Shown piece by piece: positions 14,408-27,450 of a DNA stretch of 64,000 nucleotides. Each line of letters starts with the position of its first letter. The stretch's first letter is position 1. The stretch lies in NCBI RefSeq assembly GCF_009914755.1, contig NC_060936.1. One strand, given 5' to 3'. Origin of the DNA: the human T2T-CHM13v2.0 reference genome, Homo sapiens. The notes beneath the pieces were generated by a model, which worked only from the letters and a program-made list of their open reading frames with translations, made no database searches and was not told the DNA's origin. The position numbers were made by a program, and so were the translations under genes.

Positions 14408-14721
14408 CCTGCTTATGCCAGCATTATTCCCTGTGTTTAACTTGGTTCATCCTGTGTTCTCCACTGACACAAACTTACAAAAATCTGAAAAAGTGTGGAC
14501 TTCTGTGAGTGAGAATATTTTTGGAGAAGACTCTGATAAAACAAAACTATGACACAACAAACTCAACAAAAATATTCTTCAGGATATTGTACCTGTCTGA
14601 GTTTGATCAGAAAAATGGAGCCACCACAGTTGCTACAGGTGCAATTATTAGAAGTTTAATGGGCATAATATTGGAATTAGATGGTGGATGGAACTGGGAG
14701 AAGGAAGGTCTAGGAAGCGGC

Positions 14722-14940
14722 AGCAAGAAGATCAGAGGAAATGCAACTAAGGACTTGCCTAAAGCAATGGAAAAGCCAGGGCTCACAGAGAAGTCTGACA
14801 TGCTGCTTTGAGCTTATGGAGAGCTGTGTGAAGCCAACACATTTACCTGCGTGGCCTGCCAGTGACAATAGCTTTCACCTCATTTTTGTCTTACACATTT
14901 CAATGTATTTCCTCTCATTGGGAGAGAGTTTTGGAAAGAG
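14722..14940 (+). repeat. Arm A of old inverted duplication (partner 17306-17530)
   Basis: About 70% identity by eye to the reverse complement of 17306-17461; shared THLPAWP peptide in opposite-strand ORFs. Confidence 0.8.
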
Positions 14941-14952
14941 TTCCTAGGCTTA

Positions 14953-15306
<354 letters not shown>

Positions 15307-15428
15307 TTACATCTATCAAAGAAAGAGAAAAAAATAAGTTTGCAACCATCTTTCATTCATTCATTTATTCAAAATAATAATAATCTTGTATTATACACCA
15401 GTCACCATCCTGTACCTGGAATGACAGT

Positions 15429-16030
15429 TGCTATTGACTGAATTGTTTCATCCTAAAATTCATATGGTCAAACCCTAACTCTGCATGTGATGGGGCCTTT
15501 CCGAGCTGAATAAGTTTAGATGAGGTTGTGAGGGTCAGGTCTCCATGATGGGATGAGTGTCCTTATAAAAAAGACACTAGATACGCATGGATATATAGTA
15601 GACACTGGAGATATATAATAGACATTGGAGACTACCAAAGGTGGAAGGGTGTGCAGGGGGTGAGGGTTGAAAAATCACCTACTGGGTACAGTGTTCACTG
15701 TTCAAGTGATGGGGAGAAGCCCAGATTCCATCACTGTGTGATGTATGCACACAAGAAATCTGTACTTGTACCCCCTAAATCTATGGAAATTTAAAAAGCA
15801 TATAAAAAGACATGGGAAAGCTTGCTCTCACTCTGTCTCACGTCCCTGTGAGGACACAGCAAGAAGGCTGCCATCCGCAATCCAGGAAGAGAGCCCTCAC
15901 CAACACCCAACCATGCTGGCACCTTGATATTGGACTTCCCAGCCTCCAGAACTGTGAGACCATAAATTTCTGTTGTTTACGCTCCTCAGTTCATGGTGTT
16001 TTGTTATGGCAGCCCAAGCAGAATAAGATA
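15429..16030 (+). mobile_element. MLT1A-type MaLR LTR interrupted by an L1 3' end
   Basis: tgctattgactgaattg...ggacttcccagcctccagaactgtgag...gcagaataagata. Confidence 0.8.
15582..15800 (+). mobile_element. L1PB-like 3' UTR fragment nested in MLT1A
   Basis: gtgagggttgaaaaatcacctactgggtaca...gtaccccctaaatcta; tataaaaagaca repeated on both sides. Confidence 0.75.
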
Positions 16031-16470
16031 GCCATGAATAGAGGAGACATGGTCCATCTTTATTATTGTTTTTATAATTATTTGATGATGACAATGGTGA
16101 TGACGATGTTTCCATCATTGTACCTGTAAAGGCTTACTGGAAGGTTTTATTTCCCTTGGGAAGTAAATTTCACAACCCTTGAATAGTTGTTTGCTGTTCA
16201 GAAAACCTATTTAGGAAGTTTTAAATGCAAAATTTATGTCTGATCCCAAGCTAGATAGGGGATTGGAAGAGGTGAGATAATTAAGAGAAGAAGAAGCAGG
16301 TGGAGGGGAAAAGAAAGAGGAGGAAGAGGAAGATGGGAAAGATAAGATAAACAAAAAAAAATACATTTTGTTTATTGTTTCTCATTTTTCCAAGAAATTA
16401 GATTTTTGTGGTATCAATTTCTCTGTAAATTCAGGAAAACCTCACCAAGATAAGCTATGCATGGTTGTTA

Positions 16471-17138
<668 letters not shown>

Positions 17139-17305
17139 TTATGAGCTGAGGGTGATGGAATTTTGAGTTATCACCTGATGTTCATGTATTTTCTACTTCT
17201 TTACAGCATCAGTGTCCACTGGCAATGAGCTAGTCACATTGAGGCAGCCCAGGTTCTAGGCTTGAATGGTTATTGATGAAGACTGCATGCCCTGAGTTTT
17301 AGTTC

Positions 17306-17530
17306 TAGTTTCCAGAACTCCCTTCCAATGAGAGGAAAACAAATAAGGTGTCTAAGACAGAAATAAAGTGAAAGTCATTATCCCTGGAAGGCCATGCCGG
17401 TAGATGTGTCTGTCCCGCAGAGCTTTCCACAAGCCTGAAGCAGGGGATCACAGGTCTCTGAGCTGCCCTCTTCAGCTGCTTCTGGCTGAAGTCATCAGGG
17501 GTGGGCATGTGCTCTCATCTATATCTTCTC
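17306..17530 (-). repeat. Arm B of old inverted duplication (partner 14722-14940)
   Basis: Reverse complement aligns to 14786-14940 and loosely further upstream. Confidence 0.8.
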
Positions 17531-19673
17531 ATCAGAGGGTACTGGTTTTCCCACTTCTTTCAAGAAAAAAGGTAGTAACCAGACTTAGGCAATCCTTCAT
17601 GTAGTAAGGAGAAAGAAATGGAACACAATTCTCCGTCAGGAATTCTGGCTTTACTCTGACAATTTTACAATTTCACATTAGTGACTCCTGCAGCAAATGC
17701 ATGTATTTATGTTCAGATTAAACTGATACAGGGGAGACGATGACTAGAGCCAGCATTTCCTGAGCTGTAAATGGAGGATATGCCATAATGAATTTCAGGT
17801 TCCATGAAGCTTTTGCGTAAATAAATTCATGACACTAAGAATTGGGGAATAAACATTTTAGAGGACAGTCGCATTCTAAATGAGAATTGCTAAGAGTGGG
17901 AGGCCCCTGTCATTTATTGGATTAGTTATGGAACTGTACATGAGCCTGCAATATTTGTTCTGCTGCTGTGGTGTGACTGGTGAAATGAAAAGATGCGTCT
18001 GGGGAGTGCTCAGTAAATGTTCCTCTTCTTTCTGCCATTGTTTTTATAGCTCTGGGAGGAATCTGCCACTCAGAGTTGGAAATTAATATCATACTTGTAT
18101 GAGAAACAAAAGTGAAGATACGAGATGGAGACGTTTTGGCCTCAGAACAGTAACTCCACTGATTGAGTTAAATGTGTTTAACTCAGGCAGAAAGACGTGC
18201 TACCTGTGTGACACCATCATAGCTCCCAGCAGCCAACAGGAACACGTGCAGCCACTAAGCTGGAGGGAGAACGCCTGGTAAACCAGATGTCCCTAGCTCT
18301 CGAGTCTGTGTGTTTTAAATGTCTTGGAATTATTTGTGGATATTGACAGATTGAAATTCATAGATCTCCAGCTCACAGATAGCGTGGGATATTTCCAAAT
18401 TCCCCAAGTTAATTTGTAGCTGAAAATGGAATTTCAGTCTCTTACACTGTATGGTTGGAAAACTATTTAGTGAATCCATATGTGTTCCTGGGGGGCATTT
18501 TGAGGACATTTGCTGAGATTGACAAATATTTCCAATATTGTGTCTCTCCATACCCACAATAGCATTAAGTGGAGGCGTCTGGGATTGAGCCATCACACAT
18601 CTATCTAACCACATTCGCTCAAATGTGATGGGCCAAGGCCTTCAGACATGACCAGGTAACTATAGGTTGAATTTAAATCAGTACTTTGCCTAAGAGAGAT
18701 GAAGAGAAAAATGCACACAGGTAATTGACTCAACTAACATACTATGAATCTAGGAGGAACAAACAATAGAAATTGGGACTTTTAATGTTTTATTTTAAAG
18801 CAGAAAACAGGTCATGTGGGCTACACTCAAAACACAGAGAGGGCCCCTCCTTCCCGTCGTCAGGGCAGCCACACCCTCTCCCCTCCAGGCACCAGGCTCT
18901 TCCTGTGTTCTCTAATGTCTGGTAGGGCAGGACTCTTGAACCCCATCTACACAGCAGCAGGGGCTTGGGATTCATTGTTCGTTTTTTGCTTCTAAGAAAA
19001 GAGCACATTCAGGGTATATGGAAAAGTAAAATAGATAATATTTTTTCTGAGTAGCATAATACGTGCTCTCATGATCTTTGGGGCTGAAAAGAAAGGTACC
19101 AGCCTGCTGTCTCTCCTGCTGTGGCAGAACCTGCAACCTCCAGTTGAGAAGTCCAAGTCTTTGGATGGAGGGGCTTCCTTCGGCCTGAGTTCCTGAGACA
19201 GAACAACGGGAAACAGATCCTGTGACCTCTCACATTGTGACAATGCCAAATCAACTGTGTTGTTTTAAGTCTTGGAAAATTTGGGGTTGTTACCTTAGCA
19301 AAATCCAGCTTTTTTGGAATAGCCCCAAATCTGAAGTTTCTTATAAACAAAAGGGAAGCAACGTTAGGTCCCTACCGTATAAAGTTATTGGGAGAATCAT
19401 ACACAACACCACACTGGAAATCATCATCATAAAATCTTGCAATTGTGATAAATTTGTATCTTGTTTAATTTATTATCATTAGGAAAGGCAGAAAAAGAAC
19501 ATTGTGTATTCTGGAAATGCTGGGTCATCCTGGGTGACTGGAGCAGGCTGCACGGGGAGGAAGGATGGGTGATGTGTCTGGTGGTGGGAGCCTGCCTGTG
19601 GAGGGCCACTGGGCTCCAGCTAAGCTATTGGCCTTTATTCAGTAGATCCTTGGAGCTATAAAGCATTTTCAAG

Positions 19674-20105
19674 TGTTGAAGCAAACTAAACATGGCCTGA
19701 GAAAGACTCCGTACTTCTATAATTAAGTCCTTGTGGATAAACTGCAACCCGACTTAATAGGTAGACAGGACTGAAAACCTAACTGAGCAGTATGCGCCTT
19801 TAACAATCGCTGAGTCTTGGTCAATCCCAGAGGCCATACTTCAGCCAGTCATATACTGCTGAGTGTTCAAACTGTGTTCAAATAAGGCAAACGTCCAGCT
19901 GTTACCAATCCAGCTGTTTGGTACCTCACTTCCAATTTCTGTATATCACTTTACTATTTTGGTCTATAAATTTGTTCTCATCACGAGGCACATCTGGAGG
20001 CACCTCTCTGAATGTGCTGATTCTGGGGGCTGCCCAATTCACAAATCATTCATTGCTCAATTGAAGTCCTTTAAATTTAATGTGGCTGAAGTTTTTCTTT
20101 TAACA
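19674..20105 (+). mobile_element. MER57-type solo LTR (ERV1)
   Basis: tgttgaagcaaactaaacatggcctgag...gaagtttttcttttaaca; 4-bp TSD caag. Confidence 0.9.
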
Positions 20106-20644
20106 CAAGTAATGAGTGACACATGTTGGTGATTGGATAGATATCCATTAAGACTGGTAGAATGGAATGAAGTAGAGCCTAGAAACAGGAAATTGTGCCA
20201 CCATTTCTCCAGCCAGGCTGAGTGGGCAGGAATGTCTGTGGACACCATATTGCTGGCCCAGTGACTGGAAGCTCAGGATGTCCCAGAGGCTCTGGCACCT
20301 CCCAACTGCACCAGCCAATGCAGCCAGCACTCCTGTCACTGTGCATACCACACACTCGTTTGGACACATCTATGAACACCCTCTTCTATGATTTGTTTTC
20401 TCAATTATTTTGTGATTACATCTTTCCTTTAATTTTTTGTACATTTATGTGGAAAATGTATATAGGTTGAACTTTATGAATTCTGCACATCCAGGTAGAA
20501 ATCCAGAACATTAACTGAGTCCTACGTAAACTTACAAAAATGTTCCAAAGTGTAAAACCACAATCTATGAGATAGGGTTACAGGGGCACTTGTTTCTTCC
20601 CAAGGGACTCACTGGGAGCTACCAGTGGTCTCAATCTGATTCAC

Positions 20645-20983
20645 TGTCTGAGTCTGTTTGGGCTAAGTCTCATACCATATATCGGGTGGCTGAGACCACA
20701 GAAATGTATTCTCAGATGTCTGGAAGCTGGAATGTCCAAGATCAAGGAACCAGCAGATTCGGTGTCCGGCCTCATAAATCACCTGCTGTCTTCTCCCTGT
20801 AACCTCACAGGGCAGAAGGGGCCTCCCTGGGGCCTCTTTCATAAGATCACTCATCCATTCATAAGGGCTCCACTCCCACGACTTAATCCCCTCTTAAAGG
20901 CTCTATCCCCAAATACCATCACCTTGGGAATGAGGGGTTCAAAACAGAAATTTGAGGGGGACACAGACATCCAGACCCTAGCA
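20645..20983 (-). mobile_element. MLT1A0-type MaLR LTR
   Basis: gtccaagatcaagg..cagcagattcggtgtc and gggggacacagacatccagaccctagca. Confidence 0.8.
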
Positions 20984-21254
20984 CTCACCTTCCTCCTATT
21001 TGCACATCCCATCGACCTTTCAATCCCTGTTGATGGTTAGGAATAGGAAAATCACTGGGGATGACCTCCCCAGACGGTGTTTGATTAGGTGACTAAGTGA
21101 GGAATGGGGCAATGTACTTACTCCTGAGACACTCCATGGGCACAACAGGTGGGTGATCTCTGACCTTCTCTCTGCCAAGGATGATGTTGATACCTTTCCC
21201 TACATCCTACATGTGACCTAAAAAGTAACAAGGACTAGATGGTGATATTGGCAA

Positions 21255-21460
21255 GAATAACATTCTTGATTGAGCACTTAACATGGGCCAGGAACTCTTC
21301 TTAGAGCTTTGCATTTATTACATCATTTTAACTTCACAAGAGCCCTGAGATACAGGAACTATTAATATCCCCAGTATACTAACAAGGAAGCAAGGAGAAG
21401 TCAAATGAGTCCCCAGTTCACATGGCCAACAGGCAGTAGGGCAGGACTCTTGAACCTTGT
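21255..21460 (-). mobile_element. MIR
   Basis: ttgagcacttaacatgggccagg...cttcacaagagccctgaga..actattaatatcccc. Confidence 0.65.
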
Positions 21461-21623
21461 CTACACAAGAGCAAGCCAGTAGGACAGCCCTGTCTACACA
21501 GCAACAGTCCAGTAGGGCAGGACTGTTGAGTCTATTCTACACCACAGCAGACTGTAGGGCAGCCTTGTCTACACAGCAGCAGTCCAGTAGGGCAGGACTC
21601 TTGAACCTCTACACAGCAGCAGG
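21434..21623. repeat. Tandem repeat of alternating ~43 and ~33 bp units (A-B-A-B-A) at the MIR end
   Basis: cagtagggcaggactcttgaac...tctacac alternating with cagtaggacagccctgtctacacagcaacagtc. Confidence 0.85.
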
Positions 21624-21669
21624 CTCATGGCCTTAGGTACTCTCTACCGTATTCCATGAAAGACAGTGG

Positions 21670-21880
21670 GATATGGGCTTCAAGTCACACTTACTGGAGT
21701 CAGACTGCCTGGGTCAACGTCTGGTCTGTCTTTACAGCTTATTGCCCGTGTGACTTTGGGAAAGGCTTTTTAAGTGTTTATCTCAATTTCCATACTTGAA
21801 AATAAAGCATCAGTGAGTTGAATTGTTAGGACAATACACAGTACAGAGTAATAACTTTGAAAGTGTCATTATTATCATCA
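21670..21880 (+). mobile_element. MIR
   Basis: ggagtcagactgcctgggtc...gtgtgactttggg. Confidence 0.65.
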
Positions 21881-21924
21881 TTTTACTTTTCTGTCTTTCA
21901 GTTGCTACACTGAGTTGTTCAAGG

Positions 21925-22215
21925 TGGTCACTTTCTCAGTTAGGAATCCCTAACCCTTTTCAGTAAAATTGTACCCCCAGTCACCAAGTACTCTCTTCCT
22001 CTTCCTGGCCTTACTGTTATCAGTTGCACTTACGGTCATCTGATACACTATGTATTTAACTTACATACTTGTTTATTGTCGGTCTTCCCCCATTAAAATA
22101 TAAGCCCCATGAGTGGAGGCTTTCATCTACCTTTATATCCCATGCTATATATCCCAGCCCTAGGCAGTACCAGACAAATAGGTGCTCAGAGAAGAGCTGG
22201 TATCTTTTTAATCAA
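21925..22215 (+). mobile_element. L2 3' fragment
   Basis: ttgtttattgtcggtcttccccc..aatataagccccatgag...ataggtgctca. Confidence 0.7.
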
Positions 22216-23239
22216 TGTGGTTAACAGTCCACTTCAGGGCAGGCAACCCCTCAATGCTGAGAAGGAATGAGGTTTTTGATGGAGCCTTGACCCTCCCAAG
22301 AAATCCATTCTCCCTCTTGGAAAAGCTCCCTGGTGGGCCATTACACATCACTTTATTACATCCAGCCACCTGCAAGATGACCATTTTATCACCACCTATT
22401 CATCATGTTGTCTGCTTTTTGGAAGTGCTGTATTAAAATGTCGCCCACATCCCCATCTGCAGCAGAATCTCTCCTTGTTAGGTACTGCGTGATCATGGTC
22501 AATGCAGGCGATAACGTACAAAATGTTGGCCTAGGAGGAGATTTCTGCACAACTAGTTGGTGGTTCAAAACACTAGAGAAATAAACTGTATGCCCATTAA
22601 AGACTCAGTGAAAAGGCTTAACAAGCACAATGAGAATGATGGCTGAGAAATGACTGGGAAGTGTGCACCACCACACTTTATACCCAACTGTGCAATGGGG
22701 AGGCTGTGGCTGCACCTGTCAATCAGCCAGTGCTGTCAAGGGCTGGATGAGGGGTGACCTCCCTCCCTCATGGGGAGCTGCCATGGAGGTGGCCTATGAG
22801 AACCCAGAAGTATCTTGTCCTACACAAAGGTTTATTTTACTGCAGCAGGGGGTAGCTGGTCTCTCAGTCTCTGTCCGTGGAGCAGAATACAATCTTGTCT
22901 TGCTTCTGTTTCTGCTTCATTGTCAAATTAGCCCAGTTTCCACATTAGTAAAATAAGGGTAACAGTAGCATCTGCCATTATTCGCTACCACAATTAACTG
23001 TCTTAATGCTTGGTGCTTAGATTCGGGGGTCTGGTTTATAATGAGGTGTTGAGCAAGCCTAGTCTATTATTATTATGATTTATTTCTAGCCACCCTCTCT
23101 GTTGACCGTTTCCTCCATCTGCTCTGGTTCTGATCCTTCCTAGGTTTGGGGGTCTCACAAATACCTTATAACCTCAAGTCCCCCTGGTGTTGGACCTTAG
23201 CTCTGTATCACTGACTGGCCCAGGGGTTCCAAAGGAGAG

Positions 23240-23603
23240 TGTATTAGTCCATTTTCACATTGCTATGAAGAAATACCCAAGACTGAGTAATTTATAAAGG
23301 AAAGAGGTTTAATTGACTCACAGTTCTGCATGGCTGGGGAGGCCTTAGGAAACTTACACTCATGGCCGAGAGGCAGGCACCTTCTTCACAGGGCGGCAGG
23401 ATGGAGTGAGGGCAAGCAGAGGAAATGCCAGATGCTCATAAAACCATCAGATATCGTGAGAATTCACTATCATGAGAACACTATGGGGGAAACTGCCCCC
23501 ATGATCCCATTATTTCCACCTGGTCTTGCCCTTGACATGTGGGGATTATGGGGACTACAATTCAGGATGAGATTTTGGGTGGGGACACAGCCAAACCGTA
23601 TCA
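23240..23603 (-). mobile_element. THE1C/D MaLR solo LTR
   Basis: tgtattagtccattttcacattgctatgaagaaatacc...cagccaaaccgtatca; 5-bp TSD gagag. Confidence 0.92.
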
Positions 23604-24079
23604 GAGAGGGTATATGCCTGTCGCACCTAGATCCAGTGTGCACACCTGTTCTCATAGCTGTGGCTCCAGGGACGAGGGCACAAAGATGGAGAAAGGAGGT
23701 TCCTTCCAGGTTGGTGAGTTGGGCAGCCTGTTTAGGAGACTTGATGAGGAGCAGAAGGTGTGCATTCCTCAGGTCTCTGTTCTTCAGTGTCATGGGACAG
23801 TATTTGAACACCAGGACTTGCTCCTTTGTTCTTAACACCTGAGGAGCAAGGGATCTCAGTGCTCAGAGGCCCCGAGACCCTGTGTGCCTGGCCCACCTTC
23901 CTCCATGACCTTCGCTCCACCCTCCCATTCCCCACAAACCACACAGCCATGTGCCAGTTCTATGACCCAGGATGGTTCCTACTTCTGGGTGTTTCCATTT
24001 GAGCCATCCCCTTTCCATAGAACCCTTTTCTTGTGGGATCATTCAGGTCATTCTCAATAGTTCTAGTCCTTCTCACACA

Positions 24080-24277
24080 CCAACCTGTTTCATATCCTTC
24101 AAAGTATTCCTCATTGTCAAATATTATCTTATGCGTTTACTTTTCACCAATTTATTGTATTACTTTTCTCACTAGACGACAAGCACCATGAAACGGGGGT
24201 GTTGCTGCTGTCACCCACAATGTACCCACAAGGCGTACATAGAGGGGCTGTCATTTTTTAAAACATTGAATGAATAA
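24080..24277 (+). mobile_element. L2 3' fragment
   Basis: cactagacgacaagcaccatga...ttgaatgaataa. Confidence 0.5.
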
Positions 24278-24654
24278 TCTGGCGTCTCTGTCTTTTCTTA
24301 GCTAAGATTCCTATTCCTCCTTTCCCTTTACTTGCTCCAAAAGTGAGGTCAGATTTAAATGCACTGTGATCTGATCTCTCTGCGAGTCAAGGTATGATAC
24401 CAGCCAGGTATTTTCTCCTCTCTATTTCCACTTTCCATCAACCACCCAACCCTGAAACTGAAATGTGACTGGTCTTGGCAGTCAGTTGTGTGTTTCAGAT
24501 AAATATGTGTGGGCGGGTCATTGTAACACTATGAATTTCCGATAAGCCAGGATTTCAGCCACCAGAGAAGTCAAACGGATGGACTGATTGTGGATGTCCC
24601 TGGAAGGCCGGCCCTGAGACTGAGTGAGTGGCCCTGTTCTGTGCTGTGCAGAAT

Positions 24655-24885
24655 CCTGACCACACACAGCACAGAGGCCTGGGGAGGGGAGTCACTGCCC
24701 CCGAGAGCATGTGTTCTTGAAAGGTGCAATGACCTCCCTGGCACAGGACCCGGTGACTGTTGTCTCCCGGTAAATATCTGCTAAATGAATCGATGAGTAG
24801 ACTAATGTGTGGATGAAATCTACTTCTCTGATGGTGAAAGACTCATCAAATCAACACACCCTGCTCAGGAGTGGAAGTGGGTCCA
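24655..24885 (+). repeat. Arm A of ~230 bp inverted duplication (partner 26186-26414)
   Basis: About 88-90% identity by manual alignment to the reverse complement of 26186-26414. Confidence 0.95.
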
Positions 24886-25215
24886 TTGCAAAACATTTTG
24901 TGCTCCACCATGTGGAGCAATGCCACCTAGATTTCTATGCCTCGCCATTTAGCTCCAAGGGTTCAGTAGCCGACAGGCCCCACCTGCTAAGGTGGTCCAG
25001 ATCTGCCTCTGTTGTTGAGCCGAGGCCACGCTCCTCCCGGGCAGCCGGTTGATGATGGAGCAAAGCGCTGCAGAGATGTTGGGGTCTGACCCATTCCCTC
25101 TAATGCAGCACTCCTCTAATGGGCAACCCCCTCCCCACGGCTGGAGCCCCATCTGTGCTGGCTTGGGCTTTGTCAGATCCCTTTCCCACTTCCTCCCTCT
25201 TCTAATGTTCAGAGG

Positions 25216-25765
25216 TGTGATGGTTAATATTGAGTGTCAACTTGATTGGATTGAAGGATGCAAAGTATTATTCCTGGGTGTGTCTGTGAGGGTGCTGCCA
25301 AAGGAGATTAATATTTGAGTCGGTGGACTGGGAAAGGCAGACCCACCCTCAATCTGGGTGGGCACCATCCAGTCAGCTGCCAGAGCAGCTAGAGTAAAGC
25401 AGGCAGAAGAAGGAGGAAGTAACCTACTTGCTGAGTCTTCTGGTCTTCCTCTTTCTCCCATGCTGGAGGTTTCCTGCCCTCAAACATCAGACTCCAAGTT
25501 CTTCAGCTTTTGGACTCTTGGACTTAGGTGTGCCAGGGGCTCTGGGGCCTTCAGCCATAGACTGAAGGCTGCGCTGTCGGCTTCCCTCCTTTTAAGATTT
25601 GACTTCCTTGCTCCTCAGCTTAGATTCCTTGCTCCTCAGCTTGCAGACAGCAAATTGTGGGACTTCACCTTGTAACTGTGTGAGTCAGTACTCCTTAATA
25701 ATCTCCCCTTCATATAAACATCCATCCTATTAGTCCTGGCCCTTTAGAAAACCCTGACTAATACA
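25216..25765 (+). mobile_element. MLT2A (HERV-L) solo LTR, likely MLT2A2
   Basis: tgtgatggttaatattgagtgtcaacttgattggattgaaggatgcaaagta...accctgactaataca. Confidence 0.9.
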
Positions 25766-26185
25766 ATGAGTATTGCCTCCAGTAAACTGCCGGCACCCTG
25801 CACTCCTAACACTATTTCAGCATCTACTTCCCAGAGAGGCAAATTAAGGATGTTTTTCCCATGCATACATCAGAGATGCCAAACTGTTCAGTTAGTTTAG
25901 AAAGACTGAATTATTTGACAACACATAAACACTGGAAGGCCCCAAGTAAAATATAGCTCTACTGTCTTTTCCTGTGAAGATGGGAGCTCTGGTAACTGGA
26001 CTCCTCTTCCTACCTGGCAGCCAGCATGGTGGTGAGAAGTCCCCTTTGCAAGGGGTCTCTCCTCCCAGTCTCCCCCAGCCCCCACCCCTCACCGTTTATC
26101 AGAGACATGGGGGGGTGAACAGAAGTTACAGTCATTAGGATGTTTGTGCTGGATTATTTCCAGCACAAAATAATCCAGTGGGAAG

Positions 26186-26414
26186 TGGACCCACTTCCAC
26201 TCCTGAGCAGGGCATGTTGATTTGATGAGTCTTTCATCCTCAGAGAAGTAGATTTCATCTACTTATTAGTCTACTTATTGATTCATTTAGCAGATATTTA
26301 CAGGGAGAAGCATTCACCAGGCCCTGTGCCAGGGAGGTCATCGCACTTTTCAAGAATGCACTCTTGGGGGGCAGTGATGCCCCTCCCCAGGCTTCTGTGC
26401 TGTGTGTGGTCAGG
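26186..26414 (-). repeat. Arm B of ~230 bp inverted duplication
   Basis: Partner of 24655-24885; shared LTTHSTEAWGG peptide in opposite-strand ORFs. Confidence 0.95.
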
Positions 26415-27450
26415 CGTAAAAGGGAAATTAAACGTTTTTTGAAAGCCATGGTCTTTATGGGTAAGCAGAAGAGAAACTAATAGGATCAGTTATTTCTAGT
26501 GAAGGGGAAGAGTCCATAGTTGTTTTGGAAAGTTTTTAAAATGCAAATACAATTATGGGTCTTAGGAAATTCCACAGTGTGCTTCATCTTACCACCTACC
26601 TAGCCCCCTGTGGGGCCTGGATGCTGTCCCCAGCCCCGTGAGATGACAGGGGTCATTGCAAATTTCCTGAGCACTGGGGCCAAGTATAGATGGGGTGATG
26701 GCTGCAAGGTCGGGTCAAGGTCAATGCTGTGCCCTGCCTGCTCTTCCTGCTCTTCTGACCCTGGCTGAATCCATGCAGTCTGCTTTAGGAAAATCGTTTC
26801 ATTTGAATAAGATGTTGAGAGTCGTATGATCCCAGAACAAGTTGGACGTGGCAGCTGTCTCCTTGGCCAGCCTCCGGCCGAGCTGCGGTGCCCTTTATCT
26901 CAACTTCACTGAGTCTCCTACATCTTGAAACTTGAAAAAATGTATTATTTAGCTGAATTCTTCATTTCATTCCATTTAGGGATGAGCATTTAGGAGGGCA
27001 ATAAAAGTAAAGTTGGGTAAAAATAAAAGCCCTTCTTTTGTTAATGAGAGACATCTGTTTATTCCTTTTTTCTTCTAATGTGCATTTGCTTAATAGGCAA
27101 GTTTTTATTTAAATATCAGTTGAGGCTCTCATGACTTGGAGAAATGTATCAGAGTCATGGCCATTTTTTTTTCTTGGTAGTTAAAGATGCATTGAGTAAG
27201 GCTGCTGGCATTTACTGGGATGAGGAAGACTGGGAGGGGGAGGAGCAGGTTTAGGAAAAAGGGGTGAAATAAAGGGCTTGAGAAGGCATGTCCCTGTGCT
27301 AGGTGGAATAATGGTCCTCTGAAGATGTCCACGACCGAATCCCCAGAACCTGCGAATACCTTACCGTACGTGGAAAATGAGACTTCGCAGATTTGCTTAA
27401 GAAAAGGATTTTGCTATGGGAGAGATGATCCTGGATGATCCATGGGCCAC

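Noticed and set aside
23330-23842. 170-aa ORF
   Set aside because: Starts inside the THE1 LTR; no recognisable domain
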